Part shown: positions 35,615 to 48,203 of the stretch, piece by piece
Numbering within the stretch: the first letter of the stretch is position 1
Layout: every line of letters starts with the position of its first letter
Origin: Saprospiraceae bacterium
Lineage (GTDB): Bacteria > Bacteroidota > Bacteroidia > Chitinophagales > Saprospiraceae
DNA: 64,000 nt
Reading direction: 5' to 3'
NCBI GenBank assembly: GCA_025056735.1
Contig: JANWVR010000119.1
Location: 501 to 64,500 of the forward strand
Translations under genes and position numbers: made by a program
Notes under the pieces: generated by a model
Seen by the model: the letters and a program-made list of their open reading frames with translations, nothing else
What the model was told of the DNA's origin: nothing
Databases searched by the model: none

Positions 35615-38188
35615 TCAGAACCGGAAATTGAGGCGCGAGAACAGGAATGTCCCGTTGAAGCCCATTTGCACGGCGTCGTATAGGCCGCCGCCCTCGGTTT
35701 CCTGGTCTTGTCGGGTCGGGTAGGCGTTCAGGATGTTGACGCCGCCTAGCGTCCAGCGCATGCGCGGCGAGAGGCGGTACGACAGGCTTAGGTCGAGCGT
35801 TACGCGCGGGTCGTACACGTCTATTTCGCCGATGTAATCCTCCAGTTCGATGCGGGCGAAGTAGTTGACGCGGGCGTTGAGGCCCAGTCGTCGGCCATGC
35901 GTGTCGAACGTCAGGTTGCCTTTCATGGGCGGTGCAGAGGCCAGGATGAAGAGTTTTTCGCGGTTGCTCAGGTAGGAGTCTTCCTTGCCGACGAGTCTTG
36001 GGCTGGTGTTGACCTGGTCAATGGTCATGCGGTTCCAGTTGCTGGCTAAAGTTAGGGTAAAGCGTTGTTCGTCGCCAAGTTTACCGCCGTAAGCGGCCAC
36101 GAGGTCGAGGCCGTTGGTGGTGGTGTTGATGGCGTTGGCGAAGAAGCGGGCGCTGCCCACGTTGAGCGTGCGCAGGATGCCGCCGATCTGGTCATCGTCG
36201 TTGTAGAAGTCGCCCGTTAGCACGATGCGATCTTTGATCTGGATGCGGTAGAAGTCGGCCGATAGCGAGAAGCCCTGACGGCTGTACGTGAGGCCGGCGC
36301 CAAGGTTGACGGAGGTTTCCTCCTTGAGCGGTTCGATGCCTAGGGCGCGCGTGATGGGGCTGTTGTTTTTGGCCAGAAACTTATCTACCGCCACCCCCGA
36401 CTCGAAGTCGGTATAGACGGAATTGAAGTACAGTTGCGCCAACGATGGGGCGCGGAAGCCCGTGCTGGCCGAGCCGCGCAAGGCTAAGCCGTCGGTGAGT
36501 TTGTAGCGGGCGGCCAGTTTGCCGTTGAGGGTGTTGCCGAAGTCGGAATAGTTTTCAAAGCGCACAGCGGCGCCGAGGCTAAAGGAAGTGGACAAGGTGA
36601 ATTCGCCGTCTGCGAAAGCAGCAATATTGGTGCGGCTTTCATTCACTTCGTTTTGCGGCCCAAAGCCGGGGAAGCCCTGCGCGCCGCCGGGGCGGGCGAT
36701 GCTGTCGCCCTCGGGCGTGATGAAATAGACCGGCCCGTAGGTGCGCCACGAGGCTTCTTCGCCAGCGAAAATCTGGTAGTTTTCCAAGCGATGCTCGGCG
36801 CCGAATGCGATGTTGGTTCCCTTGAACCAATCGCGGAAGAAGCGGCTGAAGGTGAGGTTGGTCGTGTTCTGGCGCAGTTGGAAGCCGCCGTCGTCAAATT
36901 CCGTGGGCGAGCGCTCTTCGAGGCTGGCGTTGAGGGTGCCGCGTCCGTAATAGTGGAAGCGGTTCAGTCCTGTGGTGTGGTTCAGGTCGGTATTCCAGTG
37001 ATTGAGTGTGCCGCGCACGCCCACGCTCATGCTGCGGTCAGTGATGTTGGAGGCGATAATGGGGTCGAAGCCGTTGGGATAGATGGCGTCCACGTTGCGC
37101 TCTGTGCCCGGGTCGCGGCTCCAGGCGTAGGCGTTGGTCTGGCGGAAGTTGGAGCCGCCGAAAGCATACAGCGACACCTCTTTGCCCAGCGGCAGGGCAG
37201 CGTTGAAATAGGTGGCTAAGTTTGTCCCCTGCGCGTCGCCAAACTGGCGCCGATACAGCGAGGGGTCGTAGCGGTTCGTGTGCGCACGCGACCAGTAGTC
37301 CACAGTGAAGTTGGCAAAGCCGCCCTCGCCGATGCGGAAGCCGTAGTTGCCGTTGACTTGCAGGTTTTCGCCGTCAAACGTGCTGCGCTCGGGATTATCT
37401 TTGGCCAGATGCGCCCCGCCGTTGACGTTGCCGCTGAATTCGTTGACATTTTCTTTGAGCACGATATTGATTACCCCGGCAATGGCATCAGAGCCGTATT
37501 GGGCGGAGGCGCCATCGCGCAGAATTTCGATGCGCTCAATGGCTGCTGCCGGTATGGCGTTCAGGTCAGTGCCTGTGTTGCCCCGCCCGCGCGTGCCGTA
37601 GATATTGACGAGGCTCGACTGGTGGCGGCGTTTGCCGTTGATGAGCACGAGCGTCTGGTCAGGGCCCAAGCCGCGCAGCGTGGCCGGGTCCACATGGTCA
37701 GCGCCATCGGCGCCCGTCTGCCGATTGGCGTTGAACGATGGCGCGGCGTACTGGAGCATCTGGTTGACATCCAGCTGGCCCTGCGTCGTTATGAGTTGAC
37801 GCACGTCCAGCACATCAATCGGTACCAGTGAGTTGGTTACCGAACGATTGAGCGCGCGCGAACCCACAATGACCACGCCCTCCAGCACTAAACCTTCCCG
37901 CATCTGGACATTGACTTCCGAACGCCCATCCACCGGAACCTCCTGAGTAGCGTAGCCCGTGTAGGAGAACACCAACGTGGCATCCGACCGGCTGACGCGC
38001 AGCGTGTAAGTACCGTCCCAGGCCGAAGTGGCCCCATTTGTAGAGCCGCGCTCGTGAATAGTAATGCCCACCAGCGGGTTGCCAGACTCATCGGTAACCT
38101 TGCCCCGGACAGTCTCCTGAGCATACAGGCTCGCTAACGAAAAAGCCCACAACAGAAGGGGCAGCGCAAATGCGTTCAGTTGCTTCAT
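35615..38188 (-). CDS. TonB-dependent receptor with CarboxypepD_reg-like N-terminal domain
   Basis: Signal peptide MKQLNAFALPLLLWAFSLASLYAQ; VRGKVTDESGNPLVGITIHERGSTNGATSAWDGTYTL; plug (DGADHVDPATLRGLGPDQTLVLINGKR); C-terminal FLFSRLNFRF. Confidence 0.9.
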   Translation of the reverse strand: MKQLNAFALPLLLWAFSLASLYAQETVRGKVTDESGNPLVGITIHERGSTNGATSAWDGTYTLRVSRSDATLVFSYTGYATQEVPVDGRSEVNVQMREGLVLEGVVIVGSRALNRSVTNSLVPIDVLDVRQLITTQGQLDVNQMLQYAAPSFNANRQTGADGADHVDPATLRGLGPDQTLVLINGKRRHQSSLVNIYGTRGRGNTGTDLNAIPAAAIERIEILRDGASAQYGSDAIAGVINIVLKENVNEFSGNVNGGAHLAKDNPERSTFDGENLQVNGNYGFRIGEGGFANFTVDYWSRAHTNRYDPSLYRRQFGDAQGTNLATYFNAALPLGKEVSLYAFGGSNFRQTNAYAWSRDPGTERNVDAIYPNGFDPIIASNITDRSMSVGVRGTLNHWNTDLNHTTGLNRFHYYGRGTLNASLEERSPTEFDDGGFQLRQNTTNLTFSRFFRDWFKGTNIAFGAEHRLENYQIFAGEEASWRTYGPVYFITPEGDSIARPGGAQGFPGFGPQNEVNESRTNIAAFADGEFTLSTSFSLGAAVRFENYSDFGNTLNGKLAARYKLTDGLALRGSASTGFRAPSLAQLYFNSVYTDFESGVAVDKFLAKNNSPITRALGIEPLKEETSVNLGAGLTYSRQGFSLSADFYRIQIKDRIVLTGDFYNDDDQIGGILRTLNVGSARFFANAINTTTNGLDLVAAYGGKLGDEQRFTLTLASNWNRMTIDQVNTSPRLVGKEDSYLSNREKLFILASAPPMKGNLTFDTHGRRLGLNARVNYFARIELEDYIGEIDVYDPRVTLDLSLSYRLSPRMRWTLGGVNILNAYPTRQDQETEGGGLYDAVQMGFNGTFLFSRLNFRF

Positions 38189-38389
38189 AATACAGAACAG
38201 TTTTGTAGTGATGGAATAAAATCAAACGCCTTTTCGTGAAAAGGTCGGGCGAAAGTAGGGCGTTTGCCTTTTCAAGCCAAATGTGGAAAAAATTTCAATG
38301 GCGCCCTTTCAAGTGCATATCAAGAGCATTGTTTGCGCTGGGAATAGGCGAGCCGCTATTTTTGTGCTTAAAAGCACTGGCATCTACAC

Positions 38390-39496
38390 ATGATCTCCAA
38401 TGTCCTTCCGTTTCGCATGCGCAAAGCGCTTGCCCTGGTACTGTCGGTGATCCTGTCGCTGTCGTGCCACCCAAGCAAAGCGCCTGAGCCTGCGCCCGAG
38501 CCGCCTGAAGCAGTTGCTTTTATCGCCGCTGCTGACATCTCCAGCTATCCAGAAATCGAGATGAGTCAGCCTGTTTTTTATGCGGAAGACGGCCGGCAGG
38601 CGCATTTTTTGGACATTCTGAAAGCCGGCGGCGTTAATACTATTCGGCTGCGGTTGTGGGTCAACCCTGGCAGCGCGCACTCTGGCTTAGAGGAGGTCGA
38701 AGCGTTTGCCCGCCGACTGAGGGCCATGGGCTTTCGCCTCTGGCTGGCTTTGCACTACTCCGACACCTGGGCCGACCCAGGCCGGCAGGAGATGCCCGCG
38801 CGCTGGCGGTCACTGGATTTTGCCCGCCTGAAGGACAGCGTGCGCGAGTACACCCGAAATGTGACAGAGCGACTTCGGCCCGAATTTATCCAGATTGGCA
38901 ACGAAATCAACAGCGGCTTCCTGCATCCAGCCGGACACCTGACCCAGAACCCGCAGCAGTTCCGGGCACTGCTCTCTGCAGCGGCCCAGGCCGTCCGGGC
39001 CGCCTCGCCCGGTTCCAAAATCCTGTTGCATTTTGCCGGCCTCGAAAACGCTCCGGCGTTCTTCCAACAACAGGTTGCTGGCGTGGACTACGACATCATT
39101 GCGCTGTCGTATTACCCCATATGGCACGGCAAAGACCTGGCCCTGCTGCAGGCCGTATTGCGCCAGCTGGGCCAACGCAAGCCCGTTGTCATCGCCGAAA
39201 CGGCCTATCCGTTCACGTTGGGCTGGAACGACTGGACGACGAATATCGTAGGGCTGCCGGAACAACTCATCCTGCCCGATTACCCGGCTACGCCGCAGGG
39301 CCAGTGGGATTTTCTGCGACAGATACGGCGTATCGTCCGCGCTACTCCGGGCGGCTTGGGCTTTTGCTACTGGGGCGCTGAGTGGATTGCCTGGAAAGGC
39401 CCCACTGCCACAGACGGGTCGCCGTGGGAAAATCAGGCTCTGTTTGATTTTGACCATCGGGCGCTTCCGGTGCTGCGGGCGTTCCGAGAGGACTGA
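38390..39496 (+). CDS. Arabinogalactan endo-beta-1,4-galactanase (GH53), probable lipoprotein
   Basis: GVNTIRLRLWVNP, the acid/base block FIQIGNEINSG, ALSYYPIWHG, and the nucleophile block VVIAETAYPFT. N-terminus MRKALALVLSVILSLSC. Alternative start ATG at 38417. Confidence 0.85.
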   Translation: MISNVLPFRMRKALALVLSVILSLSCHPSKAPEPAPEPPEAVAFIAAADISSYPEIEMSQPVFYAEDGRQAHFLDILKAGGVNTIRLRLWVNPGSAHSGLEEVEAFARRLRAMGFRLWLALHYSDTWADPGRQEMPARWRSLDFARLKDSVREYTRNVTERLRPEFIQIGNEINSGFLHPAGHLTQNPQQFRALLSAAAQAVRAASPGSKILLHFAGLENAPAFFQQQVAGVDYDIIALSYYPIWHGKDLALLQAVLRQLGQRKPVVIAETAYPFTLGWNDWTTNIVGLPEQLILPDYPATPQGQWDFLRQIRRIVRATPGGLGFCYWGAEWIAWKGPTATDGSPWENQALFDFDHRALPVLRAFRED

Positions 39497-39579
39497 CCTG
39501 CCTCTGTTTTCTGCCGGCAGGCGCAAACCAGAGCGCCAGCCAGTAGGTTTATGGCGGCAACAGATAAGGGCAGAGGCGC

Positions 39580-39587
39580 TACCTTTG
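39580..39587 (+). promoter_or_regulatory. TAnnTTTG -7 box (TACCTTTG) upstream of the symporter gene
   Basis: 32 nt upstream of the ATG at 39619. Confidence 0.4.
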
Positions 39588-39618
39588 TCGCCCTACTCCG
39601 GTCAACATCCGTCGAGAG

Positions 39619-41100
39619 ATGCAAAATCCTGTACTTCTTCTTTTCATTGCGCTATACCTGCTGGGCACTCTGGCCATAGGCTGGTGGGCCGCTCGCCGTG
39701 TGAAGACGACGGCAGATTTTGTGGTGGCAGGCAAAAACCTGCCGATGTTCATTGCAGCTTGTGCGCTGTTTGCCACGTGGTTTGGCTCCGAAACGGTCAT
39801 GGGCGCCTCTTCGGAGTTTATTTCGCACGGCGTGTCGGGCATTATCGAGGACCCTATGGGCGCGGCGTTGTGCCTGTTCCTGTCGGGTTTGCTTATTGCC
39901 CGTCCTCTGTACAAGCGCAACCTCTACACATTCAGCGATTTTTTCCGGCTGCGGTACAACCGGCGCACCGAAGTCGTGTCGGCGGTGTTTATGGTGCCCT
40001 CTTATTTCAGTTGGATTGCGGCGCAATTGATTGCTTTGGCCATCCTGCTGCAAGCCGTTTGCGGCCTGGAGAAAGTGTATGGCGTGCTGATTTGTACGAC
40101 CCTGGTGCTGGCTTACACGTACGTGGGCGGCATGTGGTCTGTAACAGTAACGGAGTTTGTCCAGACGATTGCCATTATTATAGGTTTGACGTTTCTGGCC
40201 GTAAAGTTGGTGCTTCAAGTGGGCGGTTTTGAGGTAATGGCGGAGGCGGCGCCGGTGGATTTTTTTCAGTTTTTTCCGGAGGCCAAACCCGTGCCCATCC
40301 TGCACTGGGTGGCGGCCTGGATGACGATTGGGCTGGGCAGCATTCCGCAGCAGGATGTGTTTCAGCGCGTCATGGCAGCGCGTTCGGAGCGCGCCTCGGT
40401 GAATGCCTGCTACACTTCTTCGCTCATGTACTTGAGCGTGGCGGCCCTGCCGCTTATCATCGCGTACTGCGGGCGCATGCTGTACCCGGAGTTGTCGGAG
40501 GGCGATGAGGCGCAGATGATGATTCCGCATTTGGTGCTGCAGCACACCGGCCTGGGTACGCAGATTTTGTTTTTTGGCGCGCTGCTCTCGGCCATTTTGA
40601 GCACCTGCTCGGGCGCTATGCTGGCGCCAGCCACGGTCATCGGCGAGAATTTGATTAAGCCGATGTACGGAAGTCTGAGCGATACACAACTGCTGCGTAT
40701 CATGCGCCTATCGGTCGTGGGCGTAGCCGTAGTTACCGGCGCTATGGCGCTGATGCGCAACAACATTTACGAGCTGGTGGGAGAGTCTTCGGCTTTTAGC
40801 TTAGTATCGCTGTTCACGCCGCTGCTGGCCGGGCTGTACTGGAAGCGCTCTACGGCGGCAGGGGCTATGGCCGCCATGATAGCAGGCATTTTGGTATGGG
40901 CATTGGCAAGCCAGTGGAGTGCTCGTTATGAAGGCCTGGCCGAGGGAGAGGGTACCCTGTTGGAGCAAATGGCGCAAGCGCCGGCCATGCTTTATGGCTT
41001 TGCGGCCAGTATAGTAGCTATGGTAGTGGTTTCGCTGCTGACGCCGCATCAGCCACAGGAAAATGAATGGCATCGAACGTCCACAGAGGAAGCATCATGA
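39619..41100 (+). CDS. Sodium:solute symporter (SSS) family transporter
   Basis: 493 aa, about 13 TM helices. DFVVAGKNLPMFIAACALFATWFGSETVMGASSEF is the SSS N-terminal signature. Confidence 0.9.
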   Translation: MQNPVLLLFIALYLLGTLAIGWWAARRVKTTADFVVAGKNLPMFIAACALFATWFGSETVMGASSEFISHGVSGIIEDPMGAALCLFLSGLLIARPLYKRNLYTFSDFFRLRYNRRTEVVSAVFMVPSYFSWIAAQLIALAILLQAVCGLEKVYGVLICTTLVLAYTYVGGMWSVTVTEFVQTIAIIIGLTFLAVKLVLQVGGFEVMAEAAPVDFFQFFPEAKPVPILHWVAAWMTIGLGSIPQQDVFQRVMAARSERASVNACYTSSLMYLSVAALPLIIAYCGRMLYPELSEGDEAQMMIPHLVLQHTGLGTQILFFGALLSAILSTCSGAMLAPATVIGENLIKPMYGSLSDTQLLRIMRLSVVGVAVVTGAMALMRNNIYELVGESSAFSLVSLFTPLLAGLYWKRSTAAGAMAAMIAGILVWALASQWSARYEGLAEGEGTLLEQMAQAPAMLYGFAASIVAMVVVSLLTPHQPQENEWHRTSTEEAS

Positions 41101-41567
41101 CGACACAACAGCGCTATATGTTTGGCTTAGAGCTCATCTGGTGGCTCCTGACGGCCATAGTGGCCTGGGCTGTGCTTTGGCCCATACGCGAAGCCATGCA
41201 CGTCTGGCCTTTTGAGCGCTGGAATATTGTTTTCATTGTGGTGCTCATTACGCTGGCGCGCTATACCTTTTTGTTGCGGCATACCTTTATTGCCCGGGCA
41301 CAGGAAGTTAAGGTGGCGCTTTTTCTGCTCATGTTTCCGCTCACTTTTATGCTGGTAGAAGCGGTCAACGGTTTCATGGTGTATATCGAAGAAAACACCT
41401 GGGACCCGCTTACTGGACACCTTCCACTGGAGCGCAAACAGGCCATTGAAGAATACATTTGGGGCGAAATGCTCTTCTTTGGCGTGGGCAGCTTCATTGC
41501 TGCCCCAGTGTTTGCTGTTCGATTGCTCATTTCTGTATGGCGCACGCGCAATCTGGGGACAGTATAG
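41097..41567 (+). CDS. Hypothetical 4-TM membrane protein, translationally coupled to the symporter
   Basis: The ATG at 41097 overlaps the symporter stop (ATGA). MTTQQRYMFGLELIWWLLTAIVAWAVLWP...; no family recognised. Confidence 0.55.
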   Translation: MTTQQRYMFGLELIWWLLTAIVAWAVLWPIREAMHVWPFERWNIVFIVVLITLARYTFLLRHTFIARAQEVKVALFLLMFPLTFMLVEAVNGFMVYIEENTWDPLTGHLPLERKQAIEEYIWGEMLFFGVGSFIAAPVFAVRLLISVWRTRNLGTV

Positions 41568-41608
41568 CCCTGCAGCAGAACGTCTTTGCCAAAACAAGCC
41601 GCCCGCTT

Positions 41609-42058
41609 TTACAGGCGTTTGGCCCGAAAGAAGGCCTTCAGTAGTCGCGTAGCTTCTTCTTCCAGCACGCCCGTCTCTATTTTCGTCTTAGGGTGCAGCA
41701 GGCTTTTTCCGCCGTAGCGCATAAAACCGCGCTTCTCATCAGAGGCGCCATACACCAAACGGCCTAACTGGGCCCAGGCTAAGGCCCCGGCGCACATCAC
41801 ACACGGCTCTAAAGTTACATATAAAGTACAGGTGGGCAAGTACTTGCTTCCCAAGTGGTTCGATGCTGCCGTCAGGGCCAACATTTCAGCGTGGGCTGTG
41901 ACGTCGGTCAGCTGCTCCGTCTGGTTGTGCGCTCGCGCGATGATACGGCCTTCGCTCACCACGACCGCTCCAACTGGTATCTCGCCGTTCTCGTAAGCGC
42001 GCTGTGCCTCGGTCAGCGCTTGCTGCATGAAATAATTGTCGGATTGAACAAAAAGCAT
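41609..42058 (-). CDS. tadA: tRNA-specific adenosine deaminase
   Basis: Zinc motifs HAEMLAL and PCVMCAGA; GEIPVGAVVV; 149 aa. Confidence 0.9.
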   Translation of the reverse strand: MLFVQSDNYFMQQALTEAQRAYENGEIPVGAVVVSEGRIIARAHNQTEQLTDVTAHAEMLALTAASNHLGSKYLPTCTLYVTLEPCVMCAGALAWAQLGRLVYGASDEKRGFMRYGGKSLLHPKTKIETGVLEEEATRLLKAFFRAKRL

Positions 42059-42103
42059 TGTACATCAGCGCAGCCCTGTAAAAGACCAGCCCAGCTAAGG
42101 TAA

Positions 42104-44598
<2,495 letters not shown>

Positions 44599-44610
44599 AT
44601 CGTAACCATA

Positions 44611-44672
44611 AAACTTGTTCGGCCAAGTAACAACCAAGCTTGTTTGGTTGAATACCGCCCAAATTTGTTTGG
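44611..44672. repeat. Three tandem degenerate units of the CCAAAC-AA-GTTTGG family in the oxyR leader
   Basis: The minus strand reads ACCAAACAAATTTGGGCGGTATTCA / ACCAAACAAGCTTGGTTGTTACTTG / GCCGAACAAGTTTTATGGTTACGAT, then the oxyR ATG. Confidence 0.5.
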
Positions 44673-44797
44673 TCATTCCCCTCGCCAAAGCCCACATGAT
44701 TTCGCCCCCTCCCCCATCAACAACTATGCGGCAAATTTATTGATAAAATCTATGGGCCAATAAAAAATATCGGTTTTTTTTATGGAAAGGGTGCTCG

Positions 44798-44805
44798 TAG
44801 CTTTG
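44798..44805 (+). promoter_or_regulatory. TAnnTTTG -7 box (TAGCTTTG) upstream of katG
   Basis: 64 nt upstream of the ATG at 44869. Confidence 0.35.
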
Positions 44806-44868
44806 TGCTGCCTCTAAAAAGTTCATGCAGAAAAAGCATCAGAAACACTATTGCTCGTCACTTTGTAA

Positions 44869-47076
<2,208 letters not shown>

Positions 47077-47161
47077 TGCAACCAGCGCGGCCTTCCGTCG
47101 CCGCCTGATGTTATGCCGCGACACAAGAAGTTCTCGACGACATACGGGAATTTTTCAAACC

Positions 47162-47197
47162 GGGCCTGCCTGACAGAGGGCGGGCCCTTGGTTTTTT
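47162..47197 (+). terminator. Intrinsic terminator of katG
   Basis: 9-bp stem GGGCCTGCC / GGCGGGCCC (one G-T pair), loop TGACAGAG, followed by TTGGTTTTTT. Confidence 0.65.
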
Positions 47198-47376
47198 GAA
47201 GAGGCAGAATGAGATGACCATCTCGATGCGAACGGGGTCAGGCGCTCAGCGCAGGGCAACAACTCCAAAGGAATTTTGGCGAGTCAGGCATTCCGACTCA
47301 AATGACCATAAGGTGCTGCGCGCGGCAGCGACTTCTTCCGACTATGACGGAAATAATTAGGCGTACGTTTACGCGA

Positions 47377-47400
47377 TCATTCATTCATTCATTCATTCAC
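47377..47400. repeat. Tetranucleotide microsatellite (TCAT)5 + TCAC
   Basis: Read directly: tcattcattcattcattcattcac, 28 nt beyond the Uma2 stop. Confidence 0.9.
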
Positions 47401-47427
47401 ACCGCAAGTTCGGCATGCTATCGCCGT

Positions 47428-48111
47428 TCAGTCCACCTCCCGCTTTCCGGCCATCAAATGCTGCAGCGCCTCCTCGCAGGCGGCTTCGTCGAAGAGGGCT
47501 TCTACCGGAATCTCAAACCCTTCGATGACGTGGCTTTTGATGTCCATGCCCAGACGGGCTTTGTGCGGCGGCATGAATTGGGAGTCTTCGCCCACGCGCA
47601 GGTATTGTTCGATGAGCTGTTTGTCGGTGTCCACAATCCAGTACTCCCGTACGCCGTGGGCAGCGTAGTCAATGAGTTTGATTCCCCGGTCATACTTGGC
47701 CGTGGATTTCGACAGAATTTCCACCACAAAATCGGGTGCTGGAAACAGCATCTGGTCGTCGGTAAAGCTGGCTGCTCGCTCGGCAGTAAAGAAGCAGATA
47801 TCGGGTTTGTAGTCGTTTCGGGTGAGGGCAATGAGGGCTTTTTCTGTCAAAACTTCTCCCAGTTTCCTCGACCGCACATAAATTTCCATCAGCAAGGTAA
47901 GGTTGGCCGAAACCTTAAGATGATTTCTTTTCACCGGCGAATGCAACACAGTCTCTCCATTGATGAACTCTGCTTTTTTGCTTTCGTCAAGCCATTCTCG
48001 AAAGACTTGCCGGCGCACTGCCTCGTCGGCTAAATGCCTCTGCAACTTTTCCACCAAAAGCGGCAAATCAGGGTGCCGGAGCAGTTCAGTTGCTCTATCG
48101 GCGACTTTCAT
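47428..48111 (-). CDS. Uma2-family (DUF820) putative endonuclease
   Basis: KAEFINGETVLHSPVKRNH..., DYKPDICFF, DFVVEILSKST and GVREYWIVD give the PD-(D/E)XK-like Uma2 pattern. ATG at 48111. An in-frame TTG at 48207 would overlap the caspase-gene stop by 4 nt (TTGA). Confidence 0.8.
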   Translation of the reverse strand: MKVADRATELLRHPDLPLLVEKLQRHLADEAVRRQVFREWLDESKKAEFINGETVLHSPVKRNHLKVSANLTLLMEIYVRSRKLGEVLTEKALIALTRNDYKPDICFFTAERAASFTDDQMLFPAPDFVVEILSKSTAKYDRGIKLIDYAAHGVREYWIVDTDKQLIEQYLRVGEDSQFMPPHKARLGMDIKSHVIEGFEIPVEALFDEAACEEALQHLMAGKREVD

Positions 48112-48203
48112 AAAGATATTTTTAAGCAAATTTACGTGCCTTTTTTCCTCTTGTACAAACGCGGCAAGAACTACCTCACCAGTATCCTCTGCGAGTGTTC
48201 GAC

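Noticed and set aside
41585-41625. GCCAAAAC...CGTTTGGC, an inverted repeat that resembles a degenerate copy of the CCAAAC/GTTTGG family, between the 4-TM gene and tadA.
   Set aside because: The arms are separated by 22 nt rather than 2. The right arm lies inside the tadA coding sequence (…FRAKRL-stop), and the family tail (CGCTACGG) is absent. Probably coincidental.
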